Under the pieces are notes generated by a model. That model was given only the letters and a program-made list of their open reading frames with translations. It did not search any database and had not been told where the DNA came from. Below, in pieces: positions 12,108-23,800 of a DNA stretch of 64,000 nucleotides; the first letter of the stretch is position 1; every line of letters starts with the position of its first letter. A program made the position numbers and the translations under genes. Origin of the DNA: Ramazzottius varieornatus (lineage: Eukaryota > Animalia > Tardigrada); the NCBI GenBank assembly GCA_001949185.1, contig BDGG01000002.1, positions 7,430,448 to 7,494,447 on the forward strand. Reading direction: 5' to 3'.

Positions 12108-15100
12108 ATGGACGAGGAACTAGCAGCCCCGCTTCGAAGTCGCGATCGTCGGGGTACAGAAGGAGCAGCTTCCGACAACTTCAACCGTCCGGCGCCGAAG
12201 AAGAGCGCTTTACGGGTTACCATCACCGAGCCAATGGATTCCCTGCACCCCCGCAAGTCCTTCCGGGAGGAAAAGATGGCTGCCAGCGTGCGAGAACAAC
12301 GAGATCGTCAGAAAGACGTCGGAGAATTGTTCGACGATGTGTCGCGGAAACTTGCTGGCGCACAGGGATCTTATCAGCTACGCATTGTCTTTCTGGTCGT
12401 ACTTCCGCTCTTCCTGATTCTTTCCTTCGTCCAAAACGTGATTGTAAGTGTATTCTAAAATTTCTTTCTTTGGAAGAACCAAGGAAACTCCTTTGAATTT
12501 TATACGAACTATTTAAACGATTGGCGACACCAAGCATGTAGCTGTCGTGCACCTACAAACAGTGCCGTGGGTATGGTTAAGTTGTCTATGTATGCGGGTG
12601 CGCGAAAGTTGCGTCCGTTTTGTTGATCGTGTATTTCCAACAGGTGTTTTCGATGAATTCTCCGGCCAACTACTGGTGTCACGTCGCTGAGCTAAACATC
12701 CACCGACAAACTGATTTGAACTCCTCCACGTCTATCGTTGTCAATGAGAAAGATCGGGAGAAGCTGATGCCATGGGACTTGTTCGCTGATCCACCCGGAC
12801 ATTCTTCCTGCCTGATGTACGACGTCAACTACACCCACCTCTTTCTACAAAACGATCGGGACTTCAATAAGCTGGTCAAGTACCTCAATAGCTCCGTCAA
12901 GAACAATAAGACGCACTCCCACACCGTCACCAGATGTCAACATGGCTGGGACTACATCACGCTCCAGCACGATGCCAGCATCGTCACGGAGTGGAACTTG
13001 GTGTGCGACTCGGAGAGCCTGCTGACCATCGCCACGGTTTTCACGACGATCGCTGGCATCATCGGGCTGCTGACGGCAGGGTATATTGCTGATCGATGGG
13101 GAAGAAAGCCCACGTTCTTCGTTTTCTTCGCCGTTATGCTGGTCTTTTCGCTGTCTTGGGCTTTCGTGCCAACTTTTGCCGGGTTCGTCTGCTTGGCAGT
13201 CCTCTACTCTTTCGGAAGCCAGCCCTTGTATCACATTCTGTACACTATCGGTATGAAACCAATTTATCTACGGTATTTTTTTCTGGGTTCCTTTAACATA
13301 TGGCTTTTGTCAAACGTAAACTTTAGAGGTTTGACAATCACAAATTTTGTACTGACGCACCTGCGTACTTCCGTCTATTACTGTGTGTACGAGTGCTTGT
13401 ATGCAGGTGTTCACAAACTGGGCTTATTTTGTTTGCCGGCTTTCTGTCGTCTTGCTGATCGATCATTATATTTTTGTAGCTGTGGAGATGCTGACTTCAA
13501 AGTCCCGACTCCGAATGGCCGTGTGGATGAGCATCTTTTACGCTGTCGGAGCGATGCTCTTCACCCTGGTGGCCTACTTCGTCCGACATTGGCGCACCCA
13601 AAGTCTCTACGGGACTGCCCCGTTCTTCCTCATCTACGTCTACGTTCTTTTCCTTCCCGAGTCACCGCGATGGCTTCTAGTCCATGAAAAGTTCGAGCAG
13701 GTGGAAACCTACTTGCGACGAGTAGCTGCCACCAACGGAGCGCAGTTCGACGAGACCTGTGAAGCCAAGCTGAAGATGATCTTTGTCCAGTGCCAACGAG
13801 AAGTCCATCTCGTCCAAGAAGACAAGGCACTCGTACCTCAATTAACTCTTTTGAAATATCTCAACGAACGTTGTGAACATGACTCCCTTTTCAGGATTCC
13901 TTCTTACGTCGAGCGTCCTGGACAAAGCTCTTCCTGACAGTCCCGATGCGCCGAAAGACTCTCCTTCTCACCTACCTCATGATCACCCTTCAGATTACCT
14001 ACGGAGGTCTCCGCAGCTTCACACCGGCTGACGAACTGGGCGGGACTGACCGATACTTCGCCTACTTCATCGGGTATCTGGTCGAGATTCCTGGCTACGC
14101 CCTCGCTCTTCTCGTCTGCGATCGCTATGGTCGACGCGTCAGTATCCTGATCTTCTTCCTGGCGGCCTTCGTTACCTGCATGATCACCCTGGCATTCCCT
14201 TCTAAGAACGCCGAATACTTCTGGGGTATCATTTGCGTGTTCTTTATCGCTAGGTTGTTCATTGCAGCTGCGTATGTCGTGGGCGAATTGCTGATGTACG
14301 AAACCTTTCCGACCATCATTCGCCTTCAAGGTGAGGATAAGTATCCAACCTTTCAATTTTTTCTAGTTGCGTTTAGTTGAGAGAAACAACAAAGTTGACA
14401 TCAGAATTTTAAAACTAAAACGGGAGGCCGGTATACGGAACTTACAAGATCGTCATTTCGAGTGGCGCACCCTCCCTGCCAGTGACAGCAGCAACGTGCG
14501 CCACTTAAGTTGACGATCTTGTGCGTTTCTTTTGTCGGCCTTTCAAACGATGCAACGGGTAGAAGATTAGAAACATCGAAACGAAGAACCAGAATAGGAA
14601 ATGAGTAAAATCTAGAAAGAAATAAGAGGGAATGACGCTGACTGTTATTTCAGGTGTGGCTTTCGTCGAGTCCATCAGTTACATCTTCTGGTTCCTCGGA
14701 CCCGTCATCGTCGACCTCAAGTCCCACAGTGAAGCTTTACCGTTGGTCATCTTCGGGTGTATGGCTCTGATCGCAATGGTGTGCGTCTTCGTGCTGCCCG
14801 AGACGGTCAGCACGGCCTTGCCGGAAACGGTCGAAGAGGCTGACATGCGCGGTGTCCTGTTCCGACAAGCAGTAAACATGCGGATGCCCAGCATGAGGTA
14901 TCGAAGCAAGAAGAGCTCGGTCGATCGTTCGCCGGTGGTCAGCTACACCAAAAAACGTGGCGGCAGTGGTGGTGGTGGTGGTTATACAGATATTCCACAA
15001 CGGTTCAAGGTACTTTTGAACATTTGGGATTCGGCAAATACGTTTGAACAGATCGTTCTTCCAGGTTGCGCATACTTCTAACCGATAACACCAGAAACGA

Positions 15101-15568
15101 GAAACGTGCGCCACTTGGAGAGGATCGACCTGGATCTTTTCTAATTGGCGCACGTCTACCGTGATATCGGCTGGAAGCGTGCGCCGCTTGGAAATACGAC
15201 CTGACCGAGTTTCGTTGCCGAGCTTCCGTTTCATATGAAGAGCGAACTTCAAAGTGACAGTCGTGATGTTTTCTCAGCCTCAAGCGGAACCTGCGCGGGA
15301 AGCGAACGGAGCACCAGCTGGCCGTCACGCTCGTACCATCGAAGAACCTGATCAGTCCGCTAACGCTGGAGCAGCTCCACCCGTCCCTTTAGCGTACTCT
15401 GATCGTCCTGTGGGCCCGAGTCTGGTTCAAGTTACGGAACTAGAGCGAGCTCGGGCTAGTTTGAAGCATGTGCGCAAGCGAAGTCCAGTGCCTGCCGCGC
15501 GGAAGCCGGATGTGACCGCGGACGCGAAAGAGGATCGGGTCACTCCCCAGAAGGCCGATTTCTACTAA
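12108..15568 (+). CDS. SLC22-family organic cation transporter (MFS)
   Basis: Extracellular loop with CQHGWDY...SIVTEWNLVCD, ADRWGRK, LPESPRWL, DRYGRR, ETFPTIIR, LPET motifs. Confidence 0.93.
14460..14506. repeat. N25 palindrome copy 3 (SLC22 intron)
   Basis: GAGTGGCGCAC-25nt-GTGCGCCACTT. Confidence 0.9.
15063..15189. repeat. N25 palindrome copies 4 and 5, tandem (SLC22 intron)
   Basis: Copy 4 spacer is 32 nt (25 plus a 7-bp duplication AGAAACG); copy 5 spacer is 25 nt. Confidence 0.88.
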
Positions 15569-16192
15569 GCCTATGCGGAACTTTCTTGAATTGTATGTTC
15601 GTCTTTCCGCTCTTGTAGTATTACTGATGATCTTGCGAGTTGTGATCTTGGAAGAGTGCTCCGCCTTTTGTACTGTAATGAACCCCGTTCCTTTTCCCCG
15701 GTATCTTGACAGTTGTGACCACTTTGGAGTCCTTCGTTTATTGAGAGCGCATATCTTTTGGAAAGATTTTTATCTATTGATGTTTCCTCTTGATCTTCGA
15801 GACGATATTTCGGTCAGCAAAATTTGTGCATCTTCAGGTGGTGTTGGCCGTCTCGAGTATGTACTGCACGTCGAAGTGTGATAAGATGAATTAGGAGGGG
15901 CAAATTAACGAGGTCGAAGGTCGGTTTATACCCACTCGACTTCCCTAGCACGCTCTATACTTTGTTGCGTTTGCATTCTGGTAGTTGCCTCTGGCTACAA
16001 CTGTTTGTCGTGCTTCTGTTGGGAGTTTTCGACTTGTGGTTTCATCGTCGTCCGGATTTCTTGTTTCTAACTTCTCCGACATCGCCAGGTGCGTAAGTAT
16101 TGCACAGAATTCCTGGGCGAGCGGTGTTCGTTCAACAAGTTTTCACGTACAATTGTTTCTGAACTCCAGATGGGACAAGTGAATCACTCAAG

Positions 16193-17218
16193 ATGTGGTT
16201 AGCCCAAAGAGGATTCTACGTGAAATGGAGTCAGCTTCTTCTTCCTACACTTTTCGCTACTGTCTGGCACACAAACTACCACAGTGTGAACGCGGAAGTT
16301 GTTGCTGCATTCGTCGTTCCTCACGGAGGAGTGGCTCTGGATCCATCGCACACCAACTTCACCAACTCGACCGACCAGCAGCTGGCCGACGCACTTCATG
16401 AAAACCTGATGAATCTTAGCCAGGACGTTGCAGACCAAAATCCAGACATCATCTTCTTCAGCACACCTCATGGAATATCAGACATGGACCGCTTCCTCAT
16501 TTATCTCAACGAGAAAGCCGCCGGCGTAACCTACGCCGATCACTGCCAAAGCAAGAACTGCGCCTTCAATTTGAACATAAGCCTCGCTGCAAACGAAAGC
16601 CTCAATCTTGTTCACCACCTGAAGAAAAGCCATAGGGTTTCCGGTGTCAGCACCTTCGGTCCACCAGCTGGTTCCTCATCCCCAAGGATCCGTCTTACCT
16701 CGGATAGCGCTGACCAATCGTTCGACCAGACCGCCATTCCTCTTCGATGGGGCGAAATCATCCCTTTGTATTTCATACCTAAGAACCAGAATCGGAAGTT
16801 CATCATCCTGTCACATCCAAGTCGCCGTTATAGCCATTCGGAAAGCATGATTCCCGAGTTGCTTCATCTGGGTCGCTCGCTGTATCTCCGGCTGAGTCAT
16901 CTGAAAGAGCGGGTGGCTGTGATTATCTCAGCGGATTTGGCTCATACTCATCAGAAAGACGGACCGTACGGGTACTCGCCTTCCGCTCAGCCGTTCGACG
17001 ATGCGGTGGGTACCTGGCTAAAGACCTTGGATGCGACGTCTTTGCTGCAGACGGCAGCTGGGTACGTCAACGAAGCCCTTTCTTGTGGGTATACGGGACT
17101 GGTGATGCTGCATGGAATGCTATCGGAAGGCGGGCTAAAACGATGGACACCGAAGTTACTCATCAATGGCCACCCGACTTATTTCGGAATGGCATTGGCT
17201 AGTATGAAGCGCTCTTGA
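16193..17218 (+). CDS. Intronless LigB/Memo-like (class III extradiol dioxygenase fold) protein with putative signal peptide
   Basis: 341-aa uninterrupted ORF; VVPHG, PDIIFFSTPHG, WGEIIPL, VAVIISADLAH..KDGPYGY, FD, CG, PTYFG motifs typical of LigB/AmmeMemoRadiSam-type domains. Confidence 0.8.
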   Translation: MWLAQRGFYVKWSQLLLPTLFATVWHTNYHSVNAEVVAAFVVPHGGVALDPSHTNFTNSTDQQLADALHENLMNLSQDVADQNPDIIFFSTPHGISDMDRFLIYLNEKAAGVTYADHCQSKNCAFNLNISLAANESLNLVHHLKKSHRVSGVSTFGPPAGSSSPRIRLTSDSADQSFDQTAIPLRWGEIIPLYFIPKNQNRKFIILSHPSRRYSHSESMIPELLHLGRSLYLRLSHLKERVAVIISADLAHTHQKDGPYGYSPSAQPFDDAVGTWLKTLDATSLLQTAAGYVNEALSCGYTGLVMLHGMLSEGGLKRWTPKLLINGHPTYFGMALASMKRS

Positions 17219-17580
17219 AAGAAAAGCTGTTGCTCAAATGCGATATCGAAGAACTCGTTTTATGGTCCGAGTGGTACGAATCTGGACCTTTTGGAGTCTG
17301 CAATTTTGCATCTTGATTCCCGAAGCGAGTTAGATCATATAACTGGTTATTTTAACGCGATTTTTCAATCTGAAGATTATTGAGTTCTAAGTTAAGAGTG
17401 TCGACAAGTGCAGTACAATGAATATACAGCAACCAGACAGAAAACTAGTCTGGAAAGTGGGAAAAAATGTGACAAGAAAGTCTAAAACAGACTTTGGTAA
17501 TTCAAAGGTACAAACTTCATCAACACAATCCGGATAACTGCTTTCCGAGATTCTCCGATGAAAAGATTTGTTTCGTTCTC

Positions 17581-19536
17581 TTACTGGGCCGAACTTTGGG
17601 TGGACTGATTCTGCGCCATGAACCGTTTATACGACTCTTCGTCAACCACAGACAGAATAGTATCCAGGTACTTGAACTCTTCCTGCACCTTCCTCAGTTC
17701 ATTCAAGATTCCACCTTCGTCCTCCTCGCCATAGGTCGAGATGTAAAAGTTGATGCCATACTCCACAATGGCCTTACCTTCATCGCGCACCTTGTTCGCC
17801 GCCGCGTACTTGGCCTTCTTCCACAAAGCCTGCGCCACTTCGATGGCGCACTGACCAACCCAGTCATACTTGCTAAACGCTACCAAACAGCGATTGAAAG
17901 GGAGTCTAAAGGCCGGAATTAGTTCTTGTGTCATCGGCTTCAAATACTTCCAGGCTTCAATATACTCTTCTGAGAAGAAATGCGTGTCTGCCATTTCGAA
18001 ACAGCAACACAGACGGTAGATGTTGACTGGATGAATGAATTTACTCTCTTCCATGGCCTTCAACATGTCACGTTTCCGATCCATGTCAGGCGACGTGCCA
18101 CCCGGCGTGGAAGGAAAGCAAGCGACGAAGCCTTCTGTCTGACGAAGCGTGTAAGCTTTCTCGTATTTCTTGCCTAGTTCTTCATACTCTTTCTTGGCTG
18201 CCTCGAGGTTTTCGGCGGTGCTGGGAACTCCGCAAGACTTACAGGGAAGGAACGCTCTGTTGTCTGTAGGGATGGCTGCGGTGCAGTTCTCTGTTTTGCA
18301 TTTCATCGGTTTCAACTCCGCCTCATACTCGTCGGTGCAGAGGGTACACTCACAGGACTTGCCAAACTGCTTCCAGGTCTCGGTGCTTCGGAAATGGTTC
18401 GTGAAGGGACGCATGAAGTACAGCCACTGGGTGTACCGTAGATCGCCCAAACCTCAATAAGAGACACATCCATTTAGACGGAGTGATGTATGGGACGGGA
18501 GCACATGATTTGAATGTAATCGTTTTCCCAAGTGGCGCGCACCTTAAGCTCATACCGATACAAACGTGCGCTACCTGAGATAACCCTTATGTTCGATTCA
18601 TTTGTGGACGTCCCGAATGTCTGTTGTCGCCGTACGCAGTTTTGACTGTACGTGACAGGAAGTTTAGGCCTTTTTCTCAAGAGCAAAGGTGGAAAAAGAT
18701 GGTGAAACTGGATTTTACCTGTGTAGTTTGGAATATCTTCGACCGCTTTCATCATCATCGTTTTTCCTATAAAGAAAGCACGGCTCAGTAAACCGAACCT
18801 GGCAATTCGAGAGTTAACACCAATCGCTACCTTTGTTCAGCCAGATAGGACCCACATTGACGTCGCAGCGATGTTGCATGAAAGGAACCTCCAGGTACAT
18901 GCCCAGACCGATCTCGTGGTCCAGCGTGTAGCACAAGTACATCATCTTGAAGACGATCTCGCTGATGTCGTCGAAGAACTCCGCCACCTCAGTAAGTGGT
19001 ACGTTCAGAGCAACCGACACCAGCTTCTGAACGTAGCTTTGGAACCACATACGGTACTGTCCTCGTCTCAATTCAGGCGGCTCCATCGCCGCGAAGACTT
19101 CTTCCGCTGACGTGCCATCCACGCCCGGGTGTGTCTCCGGAATGCCTAACTTGCGCTTGTTCCACACCATCAAGGCCAACTGTACAGCTGCCAAGAACTG
19201 CCGTCTGTATTGATCATCAGCCATGCAGTTACAGGAGTCGTGTAGTTTGGTCTCCCATTGCTTCATCAGGCGGCCTAACATGGCGCAGTGATGCTTGTGT
19301 TGTCCTTCGGTCCAAAATGTCGTCTGGCAGTCTTTACTGCAGAATACGCACGAACGACAGCCTGAGCATAGACGAATCTTGCCTCCTTCGGGAAGATCCC
19401 TCTTCAGGACAAAGCACTGAGCGCAGGTCATGTCGCGGAGTGGAGTCATCATTGTCCACACCCATGGCTCTGATGTGAAGACCGTCGTCCCGGCTTTGAT
19501 GAAACGTGATGGTGCTGCTGGAGTAACTGCTGTCAT
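17581..19536 (-). CDS. SMYD-like SET and MYND domain protein (divergent)
   Basis: GTTVFTSEP, MYND finger CAQC...CSGC..CVFCSKDCQ..W..GQHKHHC, SET-like QHRCDVN, post-SET CECTLC, helical C-terminus. Confidence 0.8.
18530..18576. repeat. N25 palindrome copy 6 (SMYD intron)
   Basis: AAGTGGCGCGC-25nt-GTGCGCTACCT. Confidence 0.85.
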
Positions 19537-20197
19537 GTCTTCCTCAGTAACATCCGCTGAAGCCTCTACATCCTCCGACTCAAACGTATGCTGAAAGACA
19601 ACCGAAACAGAGGGAAGCTTAGACTTCTGAAAGCGCAGCACGCAGAAGCTCGAATTAAGGCGTCCACCGGCTCCGTGAGAAACAAACCGTACAAACTTAC
19701 CTGTCAGGCGTGTTCACCGTCCGAAAGTACCACAGCTTCTTCTACTTCACGCACAGCTCCCGAAAATTCACTTGTCGAATGGCGGACAGCGATAAAGCTA
19801 AAAACTTGGATGCTATGGAAGCATCCGGTGATCAACGATAAGAACGGAAGAAACCAAAACAAAGAAGCTAAACTAATACTCGACCATCAAAATCTCCACC
19901 AAAATTACCACCCCGGGGTAGCACCTGTACTGCATGGGTCAATCAACTGATCTAATCAGGATACGATCTGTTATTTCGTCACGGAGTTTGCGATTTCGGA
20001 ATTTCCCCTGAAAACCTGGGTTATAGTGGTTATATTAGGGCTAGGTGCCCTCTTCAGAATCATTCAAAAGCAGAAGGTCATCCGAAATTTTTGGAAATTG
20101 TTCCCTTTTTCGTCCGATTTCCTCGAGATTCTTTGCCGCCGCCGCTTAGTTTTTCTGATACCATTGAACCTCGGAGCTATTCTGGACAAAGGGGAGA

Positions 20198-20595
20198 ATG
20201 ATCGAGATCACCTGTAACGACCGGTTGGGGAAGAAGATTCGTGTTAAGTGCAAGTAGGTTGTTTGAATGCGGCTCTCATGTAACGCTGTATCATCGTAGA
20301 CTCGTTTGCTAATTATGGTGCTTACGGTTTCCAGCTCTGATGACACCGTTGGAGATCTCAAGAAGCTGATATCTGCACAAACAGGAACACACTGGGAGAA
20401 GATCGTCTTGAAGAAATGGTACACTATCTACAAAGACCATATCACACTGGAAGATTGTAAGTCGACGACATGTACTATAATATCATTACGTGCTTTCATC
20501 GCATTACCAGAACCTACGAAATGTCTTCTTCATCTGTGTTGCTTGTCGTAGATGAGATACACGACGGGATGAATTTGGAGCTTTATTACCAGTAA
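20198..20595 (+). CDS. UBL5: Ubiquitin-like protein 5 (Hub1), 3 exons
   Basis: [19 protein letters not shown]|[40 protein letters not shown]|[14 protein letters not shown]. Confidence 0.98.
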
Positions 20596-20825
20596 CTGAG
20601 TTCGTGGTGGAAGTCGTTGTGCGGCTATACTGACGGCATATTCATCCACCTCCGGTCGCAGAATACCATATACAGTACCTCCACCTCATCAAGCAGTGCC
20701 TGTCTGTCATATCATCTGAAGCGGGGTTTACATCTCAGAGTCACGTTATACCGTTTTGAGAATATCGTTTTGCTCGCGGTTTTGTATGAATTTCAGTTGT
20801 GGAGAGTTTTATCCTCATGTATACA

Positions 20826-23800
20826 ATGGCATTTTCTGCCGCCAATGTCTTTCTGCTTCTCTTGATCGCTGGCCTTTCCAAGAGTCTGATGCGCCCTCAA
20901 GAAAATGAACTGAGGGAGATGAAATGTCTGGATGGACTGTGGTCCTTCAGATATTCGCCGATCAATTTTACGGAAAAAGCACCGGAAGAGGATTGGTCAC
21001 ATCGATCTGTCCAGAACGTGAGTGGAGCAATGAAATAAACCGCGAACCATCAACAAGTAGAAACTTCTATAAAATAACATACGTTCGCTCCCCGCCTAGT
21101 TTTTCCCTTTGTTTTGAAGTTAAACGGAACTATCCTGATGCCCGTGCCTTCATCTTACAATGATATCACCCAGGAAAAGAACCTTCGAGATCATGTGGGG
21201 TGGGTGTGGTACCAAAGGACATTCATCGTACCGCGTTCGTGGAGCCACAACAGGACGCTGGTTCTTCGCTTCGACAGCGTCCACTACTTTGCACGGGTGG
21301 TATAGTTCGACTTCCTTCCCTCTTTTTGCACCTTTTGAGACTGAGCTGCATCGAGCATTCTGTTTCACAGTGGCTCAATGGCAAATTTGTCGTGGAACAT
21401 GAAGGAGGCCATCTACCATTCGAAGCCGATGTCACTCTGCTAATGAATTTCTCTTCGCCTAACCTCCTCACGGTCGCCGTCAATAACACCCTTACGCCTT
21501 TCACCCTGCCATGCGGACAAATCGTTCGTCCTGTCGGGCCAATGTAAGAGTTGTGGGGAGAGGGTCTAACACAAATCCGAATAACGAAAAATGTGCGGTC
21601 ATCGATCAACAGGTATCCTTCCGGGTACTTCCGACAGGAGCTCATCTTCGACTTCTTTAACTATGCCGGTATCCACCGGAGCGTCTGCCTGCTGTCGCTG
21701 CCAGAACCCCATGTGACAGGTCTTTTACTCCATCCGGAGGTTGTCACAAGGCTAGATGGGCCTGCGGTCGGAAACGTTTGGTACGTCGTTGAGTCCTCGG
21801 CGAACAACTCCGGCTTTGCCGCTGCCAATGTCAGTTGCGCAGTGAAGATTTTTGACAAAGATGGTACCATCGTGTTTGAAAGTGGATCATCGTGTACCGG
21901 AACAGCCGACCTAGATAGTCCTCGTCTCTGGTGGCCCATTGGATCGGAGTCCCAGGAGGTCGGACACATGTACCAATTAGAGGTACGAGTGTGGAGAACT
22001 CAGCGGTTGTTCCCAAGAAGCGAGCTCTCTGAACAGCGAGTGGCGTTTATTTACAGGTCATTCTCCTTGTGGATTCTCATGTTGTGGATATCTACCGTCA
22101 GTCCTTCGGGCTTCGTTCGGTGAAGGTGGAAGCGGATGGACTGTATATCAACGACAAACTGTTTTACTTCTGTGGTTTCGGCAAGCACGAAGACTTCCAT
22201 GTACGTATCCCACATATACGAGGTAAAACCAGCGAACTTGTCCACTTTAAGGCCGCGTGGTGGAAGCACCGTCTATTGCCACACTTACCGCAACTATTTC
22301 GTGGTATCTGTCCCCAAACGTACGGTAACTATTACGAAGTGCGGTGTGACCTGACTATTTTTCCGCAGAATTTATCCTGCCATTATACAGTACAAATGCT
22401 TCCGCGAGCATCTTTTACTCTTTCTCAACATGGGAGGTAAAAGGTGAACATCATTGAAAGGCCACGGTAAATCAAGAAGGATATCACTTCCTGCGTGGCT
22501 TCTTTGTTGTAGCTTTCGAGGCTTTCTTTCCGGGAGGCTCTAACACTGGTTCAGGTTCCGGTGCCTTTCGCTTAGGTGCTCTTGATGGTTTGGCGGCTTT
22601 AGCAGCAGCTTGGACGGCTTTCTTTCTGGCGGATTCCGCTTTGATTTCTGCCACCATTTCGTCCGACGTTATCAAAGCACCAGCTTTCAGTCTGAGCATG
22701 GTGTTCTTTCCCAGACGTTTCTTCTTAGGCGCTTCAGCCATCAGTGTCTTCGCCATTGCACCCGCAAGTACCATACCGGTGGTGAGACCCTTGAGAACGT
22801 TCTCGACACAGGTTTTTACCTTGCAAGCCATCGGCGTCAGTAATACCGTACTCTGCGCGCAGCACTTCCACCAGCTTGTCGTGGTTTATCTCTGACTGAA
22901 CCTGGCGGATTCCGCGTTGAAGGACGGACGGATCGGTGTAAGGCTTGACTGTCTTTCGGATCATGTCGGGGTTGAATGGGAAGAGGCCACATTGTGCAAA
23001 GCCCGACTTCAGGTTTGTCCCGGCGTTGAAAGCGAACTCCTGCGGAAACCCGTCCGTTCGAAACCACAACATGACCAGATGGGAAAGCAAGGTATCCTTC
23101 GTTCCCTGGAAGACAATCAGGTATAATATTTCAAACTTTCAATTCGTAAAAAACATACAAACTGATTCCCTGACATACCGGTCCACCTGTTTTGACGCGC
23201 CGATCACGGAGGTACTTGTTCCATCTGTATCTAATTCCGCCGAATGCTGCCACGTCAAAAGGCTGAAGGCGTGGAGAAACTGTCGGCAATATCGAACAAG
23301 TAGAAGGTTTTTCACATGAGAGAAGTGGCCGTCCACGAAGATCACGTTCTAGAAAATAAATAAATCAAGAAGGGGATCCCTAATCATAACGGGCATGACG
23401 ACTGACGTCACAAGCATCTTCATGTTTCAGAACAATTTTCACAATTGCACCTGAAATGCTCCGACGTCACACAACAATATAAGCGAAACTTGCCAGCACT
23501 GCTGCTATCTCGGGAAAAACGACTTCCTTGATGTAGTTGGCGAAGATCAGCTGATCCATGTATCCGGATTCATTTACAGCATGGTAACACATGTTAAAAG
23601 TGTCTTCCAGACGAGACTTGAGGTGCAACTTGCCCGAGTATAATGCCAGAGGCTTGAGCTGGAGTCCAGCAGCATTCCCACATGGTAGCACCGTGACACA
23701 CTCCTTTGCGGTTCCGTTGTACTGAGACGGAATCTGCTTCATTCCTTTCCTCCCGACCACCCTATCGAACAAGTTGGTAGTATCAAATGCTGTCTCGTCC

